A stretch of 64,000 nt of DNA from an uncultured Lachnospiraceae bacterium (GTDB lineage: Bacteria > Bacillota > Clostridia > Oscillospirales > CAG-272), in contig CAZZFP010000002.1 of the NCBI GenBank assembly GCA_964653575.1, forward strand, positions 63,303 to 127,302. The letters are read 5' to 3'. Positions within the stretch are counted from its first letter, which is position 1. The number at the start of each line of letters is the position of its first letter. Made by a program: the position numbers and the translations under genes. Under the pieces are notes generated by a model. That model searched no databases and was not told the DNA's origin. It saw nothing but the letters and a program-made list of their open reading frames with translations. This document shows positions 36,295 through 46,610 of this stretch, in pieces.

Positions 36295-38700
36295 ATGTAT
36301 CGTGTTATCAAAAGAGACGGAAATGTTGTGGAATTCGATTTAGTAAAGATCAAGGTCGCCATTACGCAGGCATTCGACGCGGTCGAAAAGAACTATACCC
36401 CGGAGGTTATAGATCTACTTGCACTCAGAGTTACGGCGGATTTTCAATCTAAAATAAAGGACGGACTTATTTCCGTTGAAGATATACAGGACAGTGTTGA
36501 GGTCGTGCTTATTCAGGCGGGATATGCCGACGTGGCAAAGGCATATATCCTCTATCGCAGGCAGCGCGAGCGTGTCCGTGAAATGAAGTCTACCATTCTC
36601 GATTACAGCGAAGTGGTCAACAGCTACGTAAAGGTCACGGATTGGCGTGTAAAAGAGAACAGCACAGTTACATATTCTGTCGGAGGTCTTATCCTTTCAA
36701 ACTCTGGTGCGATCACGGCTAACTATTGGCTCTCCGAGATCTACGACGATGAGATCGAGAAGGCACACAGAAATGCCGATATACACATACACGACCTTTC
36801 TATGCTTACGGGCTATTGTGCGGGTTGGTCGTTGCGTCAGCTTATCGTTGAAGGACTTGGCGGTATCCCGGGCAAGATATCTTCATCGCCCGCATCGCAC
36901 CTTTCAACGCTCTGCAACCAGATGGTGAACTTCCTCGGCATTATGCAGAATGAGTGGGCGGGTGCACAGGCGTTCTCTTCGTTTGATACTTATCTTGCGC
37001 CCTTTGTAAAGGCGGACAACCTCTCATATAAAGAGGTAAAGCAGTGTATTCAATCCTTTATATACGGCGTAAATACACCGAGCAGATGGGGAACACAGGC
37101 TCCGTTTACCAATATAACTCTTGATTGGACGGTTCCCGCGGACCTTGCAAACCTTCCCGCAATCGTCGGCGGCAAGCCCCAGGACTTCACCTACGGTGAT
37201 TGCGTTGAAGAGATGGCTATGGTAAACAAGGCATTTATTGAGATAATGATCGAGGGCGATGCTAACGGCAGAGGCTTCCAATATCCGATACCCACATATT
37301 CCATCACGAGAGATTTTGATTGGTCCGAGACTGAGAACAACAAGCTTCTCTTTGAAATGACCGCAAAATACGGTACGCCTTATTTTTCCAACTACATAAA
37401 CAGTGATATGGAGCCGAGCGACGTCCGCAGTATGTGTTGCAGACTGCGTCTTGACCTTCGTGAGCTTCGAAAGAAATCCGGCGGTTTCTTCGGAAGTGGC
37501 GAGAGCACGGGCTCGATCGGTGTCGTGACTCTCAATATGCCTCGTATCGCATACCTTTCCGAGAATGAAGAGGATTTCTATCACCGCCTTACACATCTTA
37601 TGGATATTTCCGCTCGTTCACTTAAGATCAAGCGTGATATCGTTACAAAGCTTCTCAACGAAGGACTTTATCCTTACACAAAGCGTTATCTCGGTACTTT
37701 TGAAAATCATTTCTCTACGATAGGTCTTGTCGGTATGAACGAGGCTTGCCTTAACGCAAAATGGATAAAGAAAGATCTTACAGACGAAAAGGCTCAAAAA
37801 TTTACAAAAGATGTTCTTAACTATATGAGAGAACGTCTTAAGGTATATCAGCAGGAATACGAGGCGCTCTTCAACCTCGAGGCAACTCCGGCAGAATCCA
37901 CGACTTACCGTTTTGCAAAGCACGATAAGAAAAGATATCCCGACATAATCACGGCAAGCGAAGGTAAGAACGGCGCACCTTATTATACCAACAGCTCGCA
38001 CCTTCCCGTTGACTTTACGGATGATATATTTGCGGCACTTGACATTCAGGACGAGCTTCAAACTCTCTATACATCGGGAACCGTATTCCACGCATTCCTC
38101 GGACAGAAGCTCCCGGATTGGAGATCGGCGGCAAATCTTGTTCGCAAAATAGCCGAAAATTACAAGCTGCCTTATTATACGCTTTCTCCTACTTATACTG
38201 TCTGCGGATACCACGGATACATAGCGGGCGAACACTTTACCTGTCCCAAGTGCGGCAAACCCGCAGAGGTATACAGCCGTATCACGGGCTATTATCGCCC
38301 GGTTCAGAATTGGAACGACGGCAAGCGTGAAGAATTTAACGAGAGACGCGTTTATAACGTTACGGATAATGTCAATACTCCGTGTGAAGACTCTGCAAAG
38401 AAAGAGACTTGCACCTGTTGTAAAGAAGAAAAGACGATCGCGAGCGCAACGTTAGGCTCTTCTGCCCGCCTTGTGCTTGTTACGGCAACCAAGTGCCCCA
38501 ACTGCGCTATGGCAAAGAGGTTTCTTGATTCAAAGGGACTTGCTTATGACGTTGTCAACGGAAGCGAGGACGCGGAATTTGCAGACAAATTTGAGATAAA
38601 ACAAGCGCCGACGCTTCTCGTGTTTGACGAAAACGGAGCGCTTTCGGGTAAATATGTAAATCTTTCCAACGTGAGAAAATTTATTGAGGAGCAAGCGTGA
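36295..38700 (+). CDS. nrdD: Anaerobic ribonucleoside-triphosphate reductase with ATP-cone and fused C-terminal thioredoxin-fold (CPNC) domain
   Basis: ATP-cone N-terminus; GYCAGWSL; SMCCRLRLD finger loop; Zn ribbon CGYHGY..CPKCG; glycyl radical motif SRITGYY. About 110 extra C-terminal residues follow, with a CxxC Trx-like fold from aa 725. Confidence 0.95.
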   Translation: MYRVIKRDGNVVEFDLVKIKVAITQAFDAVEKNYTPEVIDLLALRVTADFQSKIKDGLISVEDIQDSVEVVLIQAGYADVAKAYILYRRQRERVREMKSTILDYSEVVNSYVKVTDWRVKENSTVTYSVGGLILSNSGAITANYWLSEIYDDEIEKAHRNADIHIHDLSMLTGYCAGWSLRQLIVEGLGGIPGKISSSPASHLSTLCNQMVNFLGIMQNEWAGAQAFSSFDTYLAPFVKADNLSYKEVKQCIQSFIYGVNTPSRWGTQAPFTNITLDWTVPADLANLPAIVGGKPQDFTYGDCVEEMAMVNKAFIEIMIEGDANGRGFQYPIPTYSITRDFDWSETENNKLLFEMTAKYGTPYFSNYINSDMEPSDVRSMCCRLRLDLRELRKKSGGFFGSGESTGSIGVVTLNMPRIAYLSENEEDFYHRLTHLMDISARSLKIKRDIVTKLLNEGLYPYTKRYLGTFENHFSTIGLVGMNEACLNAKWIKKDLTDEKAQKFTKDVLNYMRERLKVYQQEYEALFNLEATPAESTTYRFAKHDKKRYPDIITASEGKNGAPYYTNSSHLPVDFTDDIFAALDIQDELQTLYTSGTVFHAFLGQKLPDWRSAANLVRKIAENYKLPYYTLSPTYTVCGYHGYIAGEHFTCPKCGKPAEVYSRITGYYRPVQNWNDGKREEFNERRVYNVTDNVNTPCEDSAKKETCTCCKEEKTIASATLGSSARLVLVTATKCPNCAMAKRFLDSKGLAYDVVNGSEDAEFADKFEIKQAPTLLVFDENGALSGKYVNLSNVRKFIEEQA

Positions 38701-39620
38701 TGTCAGAGCACATCTATGATATAGCGGTTATCGGCGCGGGCCCTGCGGGGCTTGCCGCCGCAATATATGCACTGCGCGCAGGTCACGACGTTGTCGTTAT
38801 AGAAGGGGCAAGCATAGGCGGTCAGATATCATCTGCCGCCGAGGTTGAAAACTATCCCGGATTTAAAAGTATTTCGGGCATGGATCTTGCACTTTCATTT
38901 TACGAGCAGGCAGAGGCGTTAGGAGCGGCGTTTGAGTTTGAGGCTGTTACCGAGGCAAAGCTTGATGGTGACATCAAGGTGCTTTTGACCACGGGCGGGG
39001 AGATCAAAGCCAAGAGTGTTATAGTTGCCACGGGCGCGCGTTGCCGCAGGCTCGGAGTGGAACGCGAAGAAGAGCTTACGGGCTCGGGAGTGTCGTATTG
39101 TGCTGTGTGTGACGGAGCATTTTTCAGAGGCCGCGCGGTCGCCGTTTCGGGTGGCGGCAATTCGGCGTTTGATGATGCACTGTATCTTGCCGAATATTGC
39201 AGCAAGGTGTACCTTATTCACAGAAGAGATTCATTCAGATGCGAAAATGCCAAGCTTGAGCTTGCCAAGAAAAAAGGAAACATTGAGTTTGTGACCAATA
39301 GCCGTGTAAGTGAGCTGCTGGGAGATACTTCGCTGAGCGGGGTCGTTGTAGAGTCTACCGTTGAAGATTATGAGAAGCGCACTTTGGATGTAAGCGGACT
39401 TTTTGTCGCGGTGGGACGTGAGCCTCAAAATGAGTTTCTCGGTGGCGTTGAGCTTGATGGCGGCTATGTTGCCGCGTCGGAAGATTGCAGAACTAATATC
39501 AAGGGCGTGTTTGCGGCAGGCGACTGTCGTACCAAAAATGTAAGACAGCTTACAACGGCGTGTGCCGACGGATCGGTCGCGGCTCTCGCGGCAAGCGAAT
39601 ACGTAAAGCGAATGAATTGA
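38697..39620 (+). CDS. trxB: Thioredoxin-disulfide reductase
   Basis: GAGPAG FAD motif, redox CAVCDG, GGGNSA NADPH motif. ATGA overlap with nrdD. Confidence 0.9.
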   Translation: MMSEHIYDIAVIGAGPAGLAAAIYALRAGHDVVVIEGASIGGQISSAAEVENYPGFKSISGMDLALSFYEQAEALGAAFEFEAVTEAKLDGDIKVLLTTGGEIKAKSVIVATGARCRRLGVEREEELTGSGVSYCAVCDGAFFRGRAVAVSGGGNSAFDDALYLAEYCSKVYLIHRRDSFRCENAKLELAKKKGNIEFVTNSRVSELLGDTSLSGVVVESTVEDYEKRTLDVSGLFVAVGREPQNEFLGGVELDGGYVAASEDCRTNIKGVFAAGDCRTKNVRQLTTACADGSVAALAASEYVKRMN

Positions 39621-39640
39621 TAAAAGCAGAATTAAAAAAT

Positions 39641-39671
39641 AAAAAGACGTTGCCGTGTGCAGCGTCTTTTT
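39641..39671. terminator. Bidirectional terminator between trxB and nrdG
   Basis: AAAAAGACGTTGC-CGTGT-GCAGCGTCTTTTT. Confidence 0.7.
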
Positions 39672-39690
39672 AATGTGGGTTTTACAAATT

Positions 39691-40404
39691 TTATTCCGAA
39701 TATCCTCGCATTTTGACGACGGGGATAAGCTCGTTCAGTATTCGTGCAAAGCTTTCCGCTTGATCTTTTTCGATCGGAGCGAGCGGGGCAGAGGATATAC
39801 AGTTCCGCTTATCCTCAAACTTCTGAAGAAAATATCTCGGTGCGCCCTCGAGCCATTTGCCGATTATCAGCATATCGTCCTCCGTGTGATGCCCTTTGAC
39901 CAACGTGGTCCTGAATTCGATATCAACGGCACGGCTTTTGTAAGCGTCTATGAGAAATCTTGCACTTTCAATGATGTTGTCAATATGCGCATCGCGCACG
40001 CCGGTGGTGAAAGGATACATATCCGGAGAATTTTTGATATCCATAGCGACGTAATCCAAAAGTCCGCTGTTTATAAGAGCTTTGAGCATTTGAGAATTTG
40101 TACCGTTTGTGTCCAATTTGATCTTGTAGCCAAGGGATTTGACGAACTTTATAAAATCGGGAAGCTCGGGGTACAGTGTGGGTTCGCCGCCCGTTATGCA
40201 GACCGCATCAAGTATGCCTGTGCGCCGCCGCAGATAATCTTCAATATATGCGTTATCTATGGTCGGCTCCGAATTTGGATCCAGGACAAGCGCGGCGTTC
40301 TGGCAGAATGGGCAACGGTAGTTGCACCCCCCCGTAAACAGGGTGCAGGCGGTGTATCCGTCGTAATCGACCAGCGAAAATTTTTCAATTCCGTGAAATT
40401 TCAT
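39691..40404 (-). CDS. nrdG: Anaerobic ribonucleoside-triphosphate reductase activating protein (radical SAM)
   Basis: GGCNYRCPFCQN cluster motif. The ATG at 40404 is preferred (the ORF opens with GTG at 40434 and overlaps the upstream gene). Confidence 0.9.
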   Translation of the reverse strand: MKFHGIEKFSLVDYDGYTACTLFTGGCNYRCPFCQNAALVLDPNSEPTIDNAYIEDYLRRRTGILDAVCITGGEPTLYPELPDFIKFVKSLGYKIKLDTNGTNSQMLKALINSGLLDYVAMDIKNSPDMYPFTTGVRDAHIDNIIESARFLIDAYKSRAVDIEFRTTLVKGHHTEDDMLIIGKWLEGAPRYFLQKFEDKRNCISSAPLAPIEKDQAESFARILNELIPVVKMRGYSE

Positions 40405-40417
40405 TGTCCGAGCCGCC

Positions 40418-42100
40418 TCATCCGTTGAATTCACCCTTTAAGATGATGTTTCTGTTGAATACGAATACATAACATCCGCCCGATGTAAACTGCTCCACGA
40501 GACTTCCGTCCGATGTGATCTCATCCCAGTGATCCGTTTCCTGTGCGGTTTCGTATTCCGACGAGGAGAGAATAACAAAGTATTTGTCAATGCCCGGCTG
40601 ATCCTCGTACCAGAGCCTTGAAGACTGATAGTAGTCTGTGATGATACCGTTGCTGTTGACGAGCGTTTCGCGACATTTTACCTTGGAGTCCGAGATGACC
40701 GTGATCGCCTGAGAACGCCAGAAGGTCGCATATCCGTATTCAAGCCCTCTTTCTTCAAGGTCCGAGGCAAGGATATGCAGGTAATTGTCCTGACCGTAAT
40801 CCTTCGGCATTTTGCGTATTTCAGCCGCATTTACCGTGCATACGAGCACAAGGATCGCGGAAAGTACTGTCGCAAGTCTGAATTCCACGGGACGCTCCTT
40901 AAGATCTCCGAAAAACTCTCTCAGTATCGCAACAGTAGACATAATGGCTGTGCCAACCATAGGCGTGAGCCTCCAATTGGCATTGGAAAGCCTTCCGCAG
41001 ACGAAGCCTACCATAATTACGGCACTTACCGCTACGTGTGTCCAGAGCAGTATTTTAGTGCTGTGTTCCTTGATCGATTTGTAGGTGCAAAGTCTTACTA
41101 CGGGTAGCACCAATATGAGTACGCCGCCTACCATACGAATGAGGTAGGGAATAGACTCTTTGCCGAACAGCTCGGAGCCCTTCGAGGCGTTGACACCGAT
41201 GAGTGTAAGATAGTCCTCAAAAAAGTTTGTGAAATTGCCATACCAATCGGAAACGCTTGAAAAGGTAGAATATATCGAGGTATAGTTTGCGATCTTGTCG
41301 CCCTTCAATATCTTAAGCAGGACAACTCCGAGCGCGGTTGCGACGACTATGAGTACAAGATTTACGGCGGCGGGCAAATTTTTCTTTGAAAACAGTTTTG
41401 TCTTGCCGTCAAAAAATCTTTCCGCGAATATTGCCGCAAGCACGGGAAGCGTGGAGATAGCGATCACCTGAAAGCCGTTTGTTGCGTTGCCTGCGAACAG
41501 TATTGCTATCAGCGCGGCAAATATTACGGACCTTGACATACTTATCTTTTCGGCTTCAAGATTTTTTGAGAGTCTTTGACAAAGTCCGAGCGCGACACAT
41601 ATTACTATCAACGCCAGACTGTAATAAATTACGTGTCCCCACATTATCTCACGCAGTTTGTCACTGCCCGAAAGTCCGAGCAAAAGCGCCGAGATCATAC
41701 CGCAGCTTGCGGCTATGCTCCAACCAAAGCTTCGGCACATAAAATATATAGCCGCCGTGAAAAGTACGAGAAATATCGCCATTCCCGCAAGCTGAACATT
41801 CATCGTCATACCGAATATCGATATGAGAGGCACATACCAAAGCGATGATGAGAATGGGAGCATGGCGGCATATCTGAAGTTCTCGTCAAATACCTTCCCA
41901 CTTTCCACGGTCGCGTTAGCCCATAGAAGCGAGTCTGTGCAATCCGAATGAAAATATCCCTGCGAGGGGTAAAGAATATAGTAAAGACAAATTCCGAACG
42001 AGACGATCGCGGCGATCACGGCAACAAATGTAAGCGCATATTTTTTTACCGTACCGACTACATCAAACCAAGGTCGGCGGCTGTTTTCTGAATTTTCCAT
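40418..42100 (-). CDS. Large polytopic membrane protein with C-terminal extracytoplasmic domain (GT-C-like glycosyltransferase candidate)
   Basis: About 11-13 TM helices. An acidic first-loop motif (YFHSDCTDSLLW) and a ~130-aa soluble C-terminus. Fold assignment is inferred. Confidence 0.65.
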   Translation of the reverse strand: MENSENSRRPWFDVVGTVKKYALTFVAVIAAIVSFGICLYYILYPSQGYFHSDCTDSLLWANATVESGKVFDENFRYAAMLPFSSSLWYVPLISIFGMTMNVQLAGMAIFLVLFTAAIYFMCRSFGWSIAASCGMISALLLGLSGSDKLREIMWGHVIYYSLALIVICVALGLCQRLSKNLEAEKISMSRSVIFAALIAILFAGNATNGFQVIAISTLPVLAAIFAERFFDGKTKLFSKKNLPAAVNLVLIVVATALGVVLLKILKGDKIANYTSIYSTFSSVSDWYGNFTNFFEDYLTLIGVNASKGSELFGKESIPYLIRMVGGVLILVLPVVRLCTYKSIKEHSTKILLWTHVAVSAVIMVGFVCGRLSNANWRLTPMVGTAIMSTVAILREFFGDLKERPVEFRLATVLSAILVLVCTVNAAEIRKMPKDYGQDNYLHILASDLEERGLEYGYATFWRSQAITVISDSKVKCRETLVNSNGIITDYYQSSRLWYEDQPGIDKYFVILSSSEYETAQETDHWDEITSDGSLVEQFTSGGCYVFVFNRNIILKGEFNG

Positions 42101-42162
42101 TGATCTAATCCTTTCAATTCAATTTCAAAATTGTGATTTCTTTGCTGTCAAGTCCTCGGCGG

Positions 42163-44250
42163 TCAATGGCCGAAAAACTCAGCGAGCCACACGAACACAC
42201 GTGCGTCGTAACCGGCAAGATTGCCGTTTATCGAAACGAGGACCGAGAAGCAAACAAAGATCGATACGAGCATAAGCATCTTTTCCGTGATGCGGCAAGC
42301 CTTTGCCGTTCCGTTTGCCTCTGTCATATTTTCGTTGAATGAGAACATCAGCAGTATCGACACAACGGCGGCAAGCAGAGTCATATCCGATGTATATCTG
42401 AATATAACACCGCCAAGGCAGAAGTTGACAAATGATATTACAAAGAATCCCGAAATGAGCGACAATACCAAGCTTTTGACAAATGTCGTCTTCTTTTTAT
42501 CGAGTGCAAAAGGAAGCGCAAGAATCAGACCGAGCATAACCGGAATCGAGAATAATCCCATACCCGTGTCAACGTAGACATATGTGCCGTAGTTGTAAAG
42601 GTTTGAATAAAACAGTGTAAAATTGGGGAAGTTGCCCGAGATACCGAGCGGCTGAATAAAGTAATGATACAGGGCACCGGAAATTCCGCTGAAACGGAGT
42701 TTGTTTTTTGAAATATCGCTTACGGTAAGCTGGTATTTGGTTCCGAATTCAAACGGACTGCCAAAACGGGCGTTGTTGTACCAAAATGTAAAGACGAGCG
42801 CGACTGCAACGAAAGCACCGAGTGCGCAGATATCGACGAGTTTTCCTCGTGTGCTTCTTTCAATGCTCTTGCCGTTTCCGATCTCTGGCTCGGGACGTGA
42901 AAGGATCACTCCGAAGATAAGTATCGGTACGACCGCAAACGCTGTCAGCAACGCCATATTGAGCCTTGATAGGAACAGCATAGCATAGGAGAGTCCGGCA
43001 AGCGCAAAGAATAGGGGACGACGGATCCTATGCCGTGAATTGACGGCGAGCAGTATGAAGAACATAAATTCCGCAAGGTATGCCATCCCGGCGATAGAAG
43101 CGATGTAGTAGAAATGTTGAACTCCGCGCGCCATCAAAAGTATGTTCGAAGAGAAAAGAAGAGCAACTATTCCGAGGCAAAGGAGGGAAACGGGAACCTT
43201 CTTTTTGTATATCGTGACATAAGCTATGACGAAGAGAGCGGAGAAGAGTACCGCCGAGAGTGCGTAGAAGGATATTACCGTATTTTCGGACGGAAGCGAG
43301 CCGCTGAGCAAATAATGCGGTAAATATACATTCAATATCGGAGCTATACCAAAATAAGAGTAGTATTTGCCGTCGTACATAGCTCGATCCCAAAGATAAT
43401 AGATCCCATCTCGGGCACTGTAATCATAAGGATTTTCGAGCTCAAGTAACGAGTCGGAAACGGGATAGTCGATATTTAACTGTCCTTTAAGGAAAGCGTC
43501 GGTCTGCTGAACATACGGGTTGTAAGTGTTGACTCCGTTTTGAAGCGGATATTCTACACTTCCGTGTCCACCGACAAATATTGCACAAAAGAGCGCGGTA
43601 AATATGATGCAAAGCGAGACCGTGCCGATAACGGCAACGTTGTGCGAGAATTTTTTCGGATCGTACGGCTCCGAATTCAGCTTGAAGGATATCGATCCCC
43701 ATATGATAAGACCTATGGCAAGCAGGATCATCATTCTCGCAAAATTGAACGTTATCAGCTTGCGACTCGGATTTATTGTTATTTCGGAAACCGTTACATC
43801 ATCGGTCACATCCGAAAAAGAAAATTGAAGATAAGTGTCGGACGCAGGCGCAAGATCAAGATAAACGGTTTTTTGAGAGCTTTTGCCGTTACCGGGGGCG
43901 ATATAAGTCGTTGCAATGGTGGAAAGCGTGCCTCCGCGCTTTTCGTCATAGGCTTTTATCAGTACCTTGACCGGTTTGCTGAGGATGATGCCTTCCTCGA
44001 CCGATGAGCAGATCCTTATCGCATATATATCGCTTGGAAGGTCTTTGATCTTGTGCTGGCTGTCTTTTCCCGATGTCAAGGCTATCACCGTGTCATCGAG
44101 GCAATCGAAGTCGGTCACGTATTCATCCGTATCTATAAACAAATTGCGGTAATTTGAAATAGCAAATTCCAACATTACCGCAACGCATATAAGTATCACG
44201 GATATCAGTGCCCGACGCACAAAAGGCTTGCGGGACGGATTTCCTGACAT
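42163..44250 (-). CDS. Large polytopic membrane protein (GT-C-like glycosyltransferase candidate) with N-terminal extracytoplasmic domain
   Basis: Motif LWDRAMYDGKYYSYFGIAPIL and more than 12 TM helices. The ATG at 44250 has RBS GGAGG and abuts the stop of the upstream gene (the ORF opens at 44331). Confidence 0.65.
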   Translation of the reverse strand: MSGNPSRKPFVRRALISVILICVAVMLEFAISNYRNLFIDTDEYVTDFDCLDDTVIALTSGKDSQHKIKDLPSDIYAIRICSSVEEGIILSKPVKVLIKAYDEKRGGTLSTIATTYIAPGNGKSSQKTVYLDLAPASDTYLQFSFSDVTDDVTVSEITINPSRKLITFNFARMMILLAIGLIIWGSISFKLNSEPYDPKKFSHNVAVIGTVSLCIIFTALFCAIFVGGHGSVEYPLQNGVNTYNPYVQQTDAFLKGQLNIDYPVSDSLLELENPYDYSARDGIYYLWDRAMYDGKYYSYFGIAPILNVYLPHYLLSGSLPSENTVISFYALSAVLFSALFVIAYVTIYKKKVPVSLLCLGIVALLFSSNILLMARGVQHFYYIASIAGMAYLAEFMFFILLAVNSRHRIRRPLFFALAGLSYAMLFLSRLNMALLTAFAVVPILIFGVILSRPEPEIGNGKSIERSTRGKLVDICALGAFVAVALVFTFWYNNARFGSPFEFGTKYQLTVSDISKNKLRFSGISGALYHYFIQPLGISGNFPNFTLFYSNLYNYGTYVYVDTGMGLFSIPVMLGLILALPFALDKKKTTFVKSLVLSLISGFFVISFVNFCLGGVIFRYTSDMTLLAAVVSILLMFSFNENMTEANGTAKACRITEKMLMLVSIFVCFSVLVSINGNLAGYDARVFVWLAEFFGH

Positions 44251-44251
44251 A

Positions 44252-45808
44252 TTATTGTTTTGCCTCCTCGTGATACTCTTTCTCTGTATTAACGTTCCAT
44301 ACCGTGGTTTTGTCTGTGCTTCCGCTTGCAACGGCGCGTACAGCTTCTATTGCCGTGAGCATGGAGTGATCCATATTGTTGTATCTATGCTGTCCGTTTC
44401 TTCCTATGCACCAGAGGTTTTCTATGCCGTCGAGATAGTTTCTTACGGTGTCAAATTCCTTGTACGTGTCAAAGTACGCGGGATACGCTTTTTTGACCTT
44501 GATGCGCGTGCCGTCAAGTACGTCCTCGGCGTCGATAACGTCGATCTTTATGAGCTCCTCGGTAGCGAATTTTATAAACTCCTCGTCGCCCATACTCCAG
44601 AGCTCATCGCCTTCGTTGCAGAAATATTCGAGACCTATCCACATAGTGTTCTCGGGATCGTTTACCATATAGGGAGACCAATTGTTAAAGAGCTGAAGAC
44701 GTCCGAGACGCACTTCACGTTCTTGGACGTAGATCCAACAATCGGGTACGTTGCCCGTGAGAGTCTTTGTCTTGGTCTTATTCTCCAATTTGAGCTTCTT
44801 TACAAGCAGACCGACGGTGATATAGTCACGGTACGGAAGTCCTTCGGCGACTCTCTTAACATCGGCGGGCGGTACGTCGCCCATTCCTGAGACCAGGTCT
44901 TTGATCGGCATGGTAGAGAAGAATACATCGGCTTCAAGCTCTCTGCCGTCCTCGGTTATCACCTTTTTGACTTGCTTGCCGTCGGCAGACAGTACGATAT
45001 CTTTGGCTTTGGTATTCATCAGTATCTCGCCGCCCATAGCACGTACGTCATCAGCCAAGAATTCCCAGAGCTGTCCCGGACCCTTTTTCGGATAATAGAA
45101 CTGCTCGATAAGGGATGTCTCTACCTTGTCCTTTGAGCGGAACGGCTTGGAGATAACGTTCCATACCGCTTTGCTGAGAGAAAGTCCCTTTACTCTCTGT
45201 GCGCCCCAATCCGCGGATATCTGAGAGGGATGTCTGCCCCATAGATTTTCCGTGTAGTATTCAAAAAACATTTCATAAAGAGGTCTGCCGAAACGGTTGA
45301 TGTAAAAGTTCTCGAGCGAGTCCTCTTTTTTCTTAACGATACAACTGCCGATATAGCCGAATCCTGACTTTACGGTTCTCGCAAATCCCATATTAATAAA
45401 GGTCTCGGGCTTTAATGATATCGGATAATCGAAAAACTTGTGTAGGAAGAATATCCTTGAAAGACGGTTGCGCACGAGCATAACTCTGTCCTCGGTCTCG
45501 GGATCGGGACCGCCCGCGGCAAATTCTTTTTCCGTTCCGAGTATCTTGTCATCATATGCGGGCTTGCCCTGAAGCGGCATAAGCTCCTGCCAGAGCTGAT
45601 TGACCTCTGAATTTTTTGAGAAAAAACGGTGTCCGCCAAGGTCCATACGGTTCCCCTTGTATCTTGCCGTCCTCGATATACCGCCTATAAATTCACTCTC
45701 CTCAAGAATTATGGGCTTTATATCGGTCTCTTTAAGAAGCTTGTAAGCTGCGGTAAGTCCCGCAGGACCTGCTCCGATAATGATAGCCGTTCTTTGTTTG
45801 TTTTCCAT
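44252..45808 (-). CDS. NAD(P)/FAD-dependent oxidoreductase, UDP-galactopyranose mutase-like
   Basis: The [13 protein letters not shown] dinucleotide fold and [17 protein letters not shown] resemble the Glf/UGM substrate loop. The ATG at 45808 has RBS AAGGAGAG. Confidence 0.75.
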   Translation of the reverse strand: MENKQRTAIIIGAGPAGLTAAYKLLKETDIKPIILEESEFIGGISRTARYKGNRMDLGGHRFFSKNSEVNQLWQELMPLQGKPAYDDKILGTEKEFAAGGPDPETEDRVMLVRNRLSRIFFLHKFFDYPISLKPETFINMGFARTVKSGFGYIGSCIVKKKEDSLENFYINRFGRPLYEMFFEYYTENLWGRHPSQISADWGAQRVKGLSLSKAVWNVISKPFRSKDKVETSLIEQFYYPKKGPGQLWEFLADDVRAMGGEILMNTKAKDIVLSADGKQVKKVITEDGRELEADVFFSTMPIKDLVSGMGDVPPADVKRVAEGLPYRDYITVGLLVKKLKLENKTKTKTLTGNVPDCWIYVQEREVRLGRLQLFNNWSPYMVNDPENTMWIGLEYFCNEGDELWSMGDEEFIKFATEELIKIDVIDAEDVLDGTRIKVKKAYPAYFDTYKEFDTVRNYLDGIENLWCIGRNGQHRYNNMDHSMLTAIEAVRAVASGSTDKTTVWNVNTEKEYHEEAKQ

Positions 45809-45827
45809 ATAGTCTTCTCTCCTTATT

Positions 45828-46268
45828 TTATTTTCCCCTGTATACAAAGATCTTTCTTCCGAGATAATTCCAAACGAGCACAACTCCCTTAACGCAACAG
45901 CTGAGCAAAAGATACCATATTCCCTCGTCTCCGATGAGGCTCGTTCCGAGTATAGTCAAAAGCTCGGTGATACCGAATCCGATCACACCGACGGCTACAT
46001 ATATGGCAAATGCGCCGAACGTCTTGCCTTTTTCTTTTTGTTCGGCGGATTTGAACACGAATATATTTGAGAGAATGAAGTTTGTCGCAAGCCCGACAAT
46101 AAAGCCCGCCGCTACCGACACGGCAACCATGGCGGTATCATCCTTCGTTGCCCTTAGGATGTAGTACAGCATAGCGTAGTTCACACCCATATCGATGACG
46201 GCGGATATTCCGCCGACCACGGCATAACGCAAAAATTCAAATATCGTTTTCTTTAGATCCGATCTCAT
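45828..46268 (-). CDS. GtrA family membrane protein (polyprenyl-phosphate-sugar handling)
   Basis: [19 protein letters not shown]-terminal signature and four TM helices. Confidence 0.8.
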   Translation of the reverse strand: MRSDLKKTIFEFLRYAVVGGISAVIDMGVNYAMLYYILRATKDDTAMVAVSVAAGFIVGLATNFILSNIFVFKSAEQKEKGKTFGAFAIYVAVGVIGFGITELLTILGTSLIGDEGIWYLLLSCCVKGVVLVWNYLGRKIFVYRGK

Positions 46269-46610
46269 AAGCTTTTCCTTTCTTGGCGTTATGATCGCCG
46301 AGTCGCGGTACATAACGACATCTTACCGTTTTATTTTACAACACAAAGTCCGATTTGTCAATAGGAGAGCATAATAAATAATGTAAAGCTTTTTGCCGAG
46401 CACGACCGTATGCGTCGAATTCTGCCAAAATTCGTACGCCATATCTCGGGGGACGCGATGCTTGAATTTCGAAAGTGGTATTATGTACACAAATATTTAA
46501 AAAATATCTTTAATTTCATTATCAAAGTCGGATGATATTGTGGTATAATACAGCGTGAACAATTAATGCTTGACATTTTTAACATTTCGATATTCAGAAA
46601 GGAAAAAAAG

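Noticed and set aside
39655-40428. 257-aa plus-strand ORF
   Set aside because: It is antisense to nrdG, whose CxxxCxxC radical SAM motif and context with nrdD identify the true coding strand.
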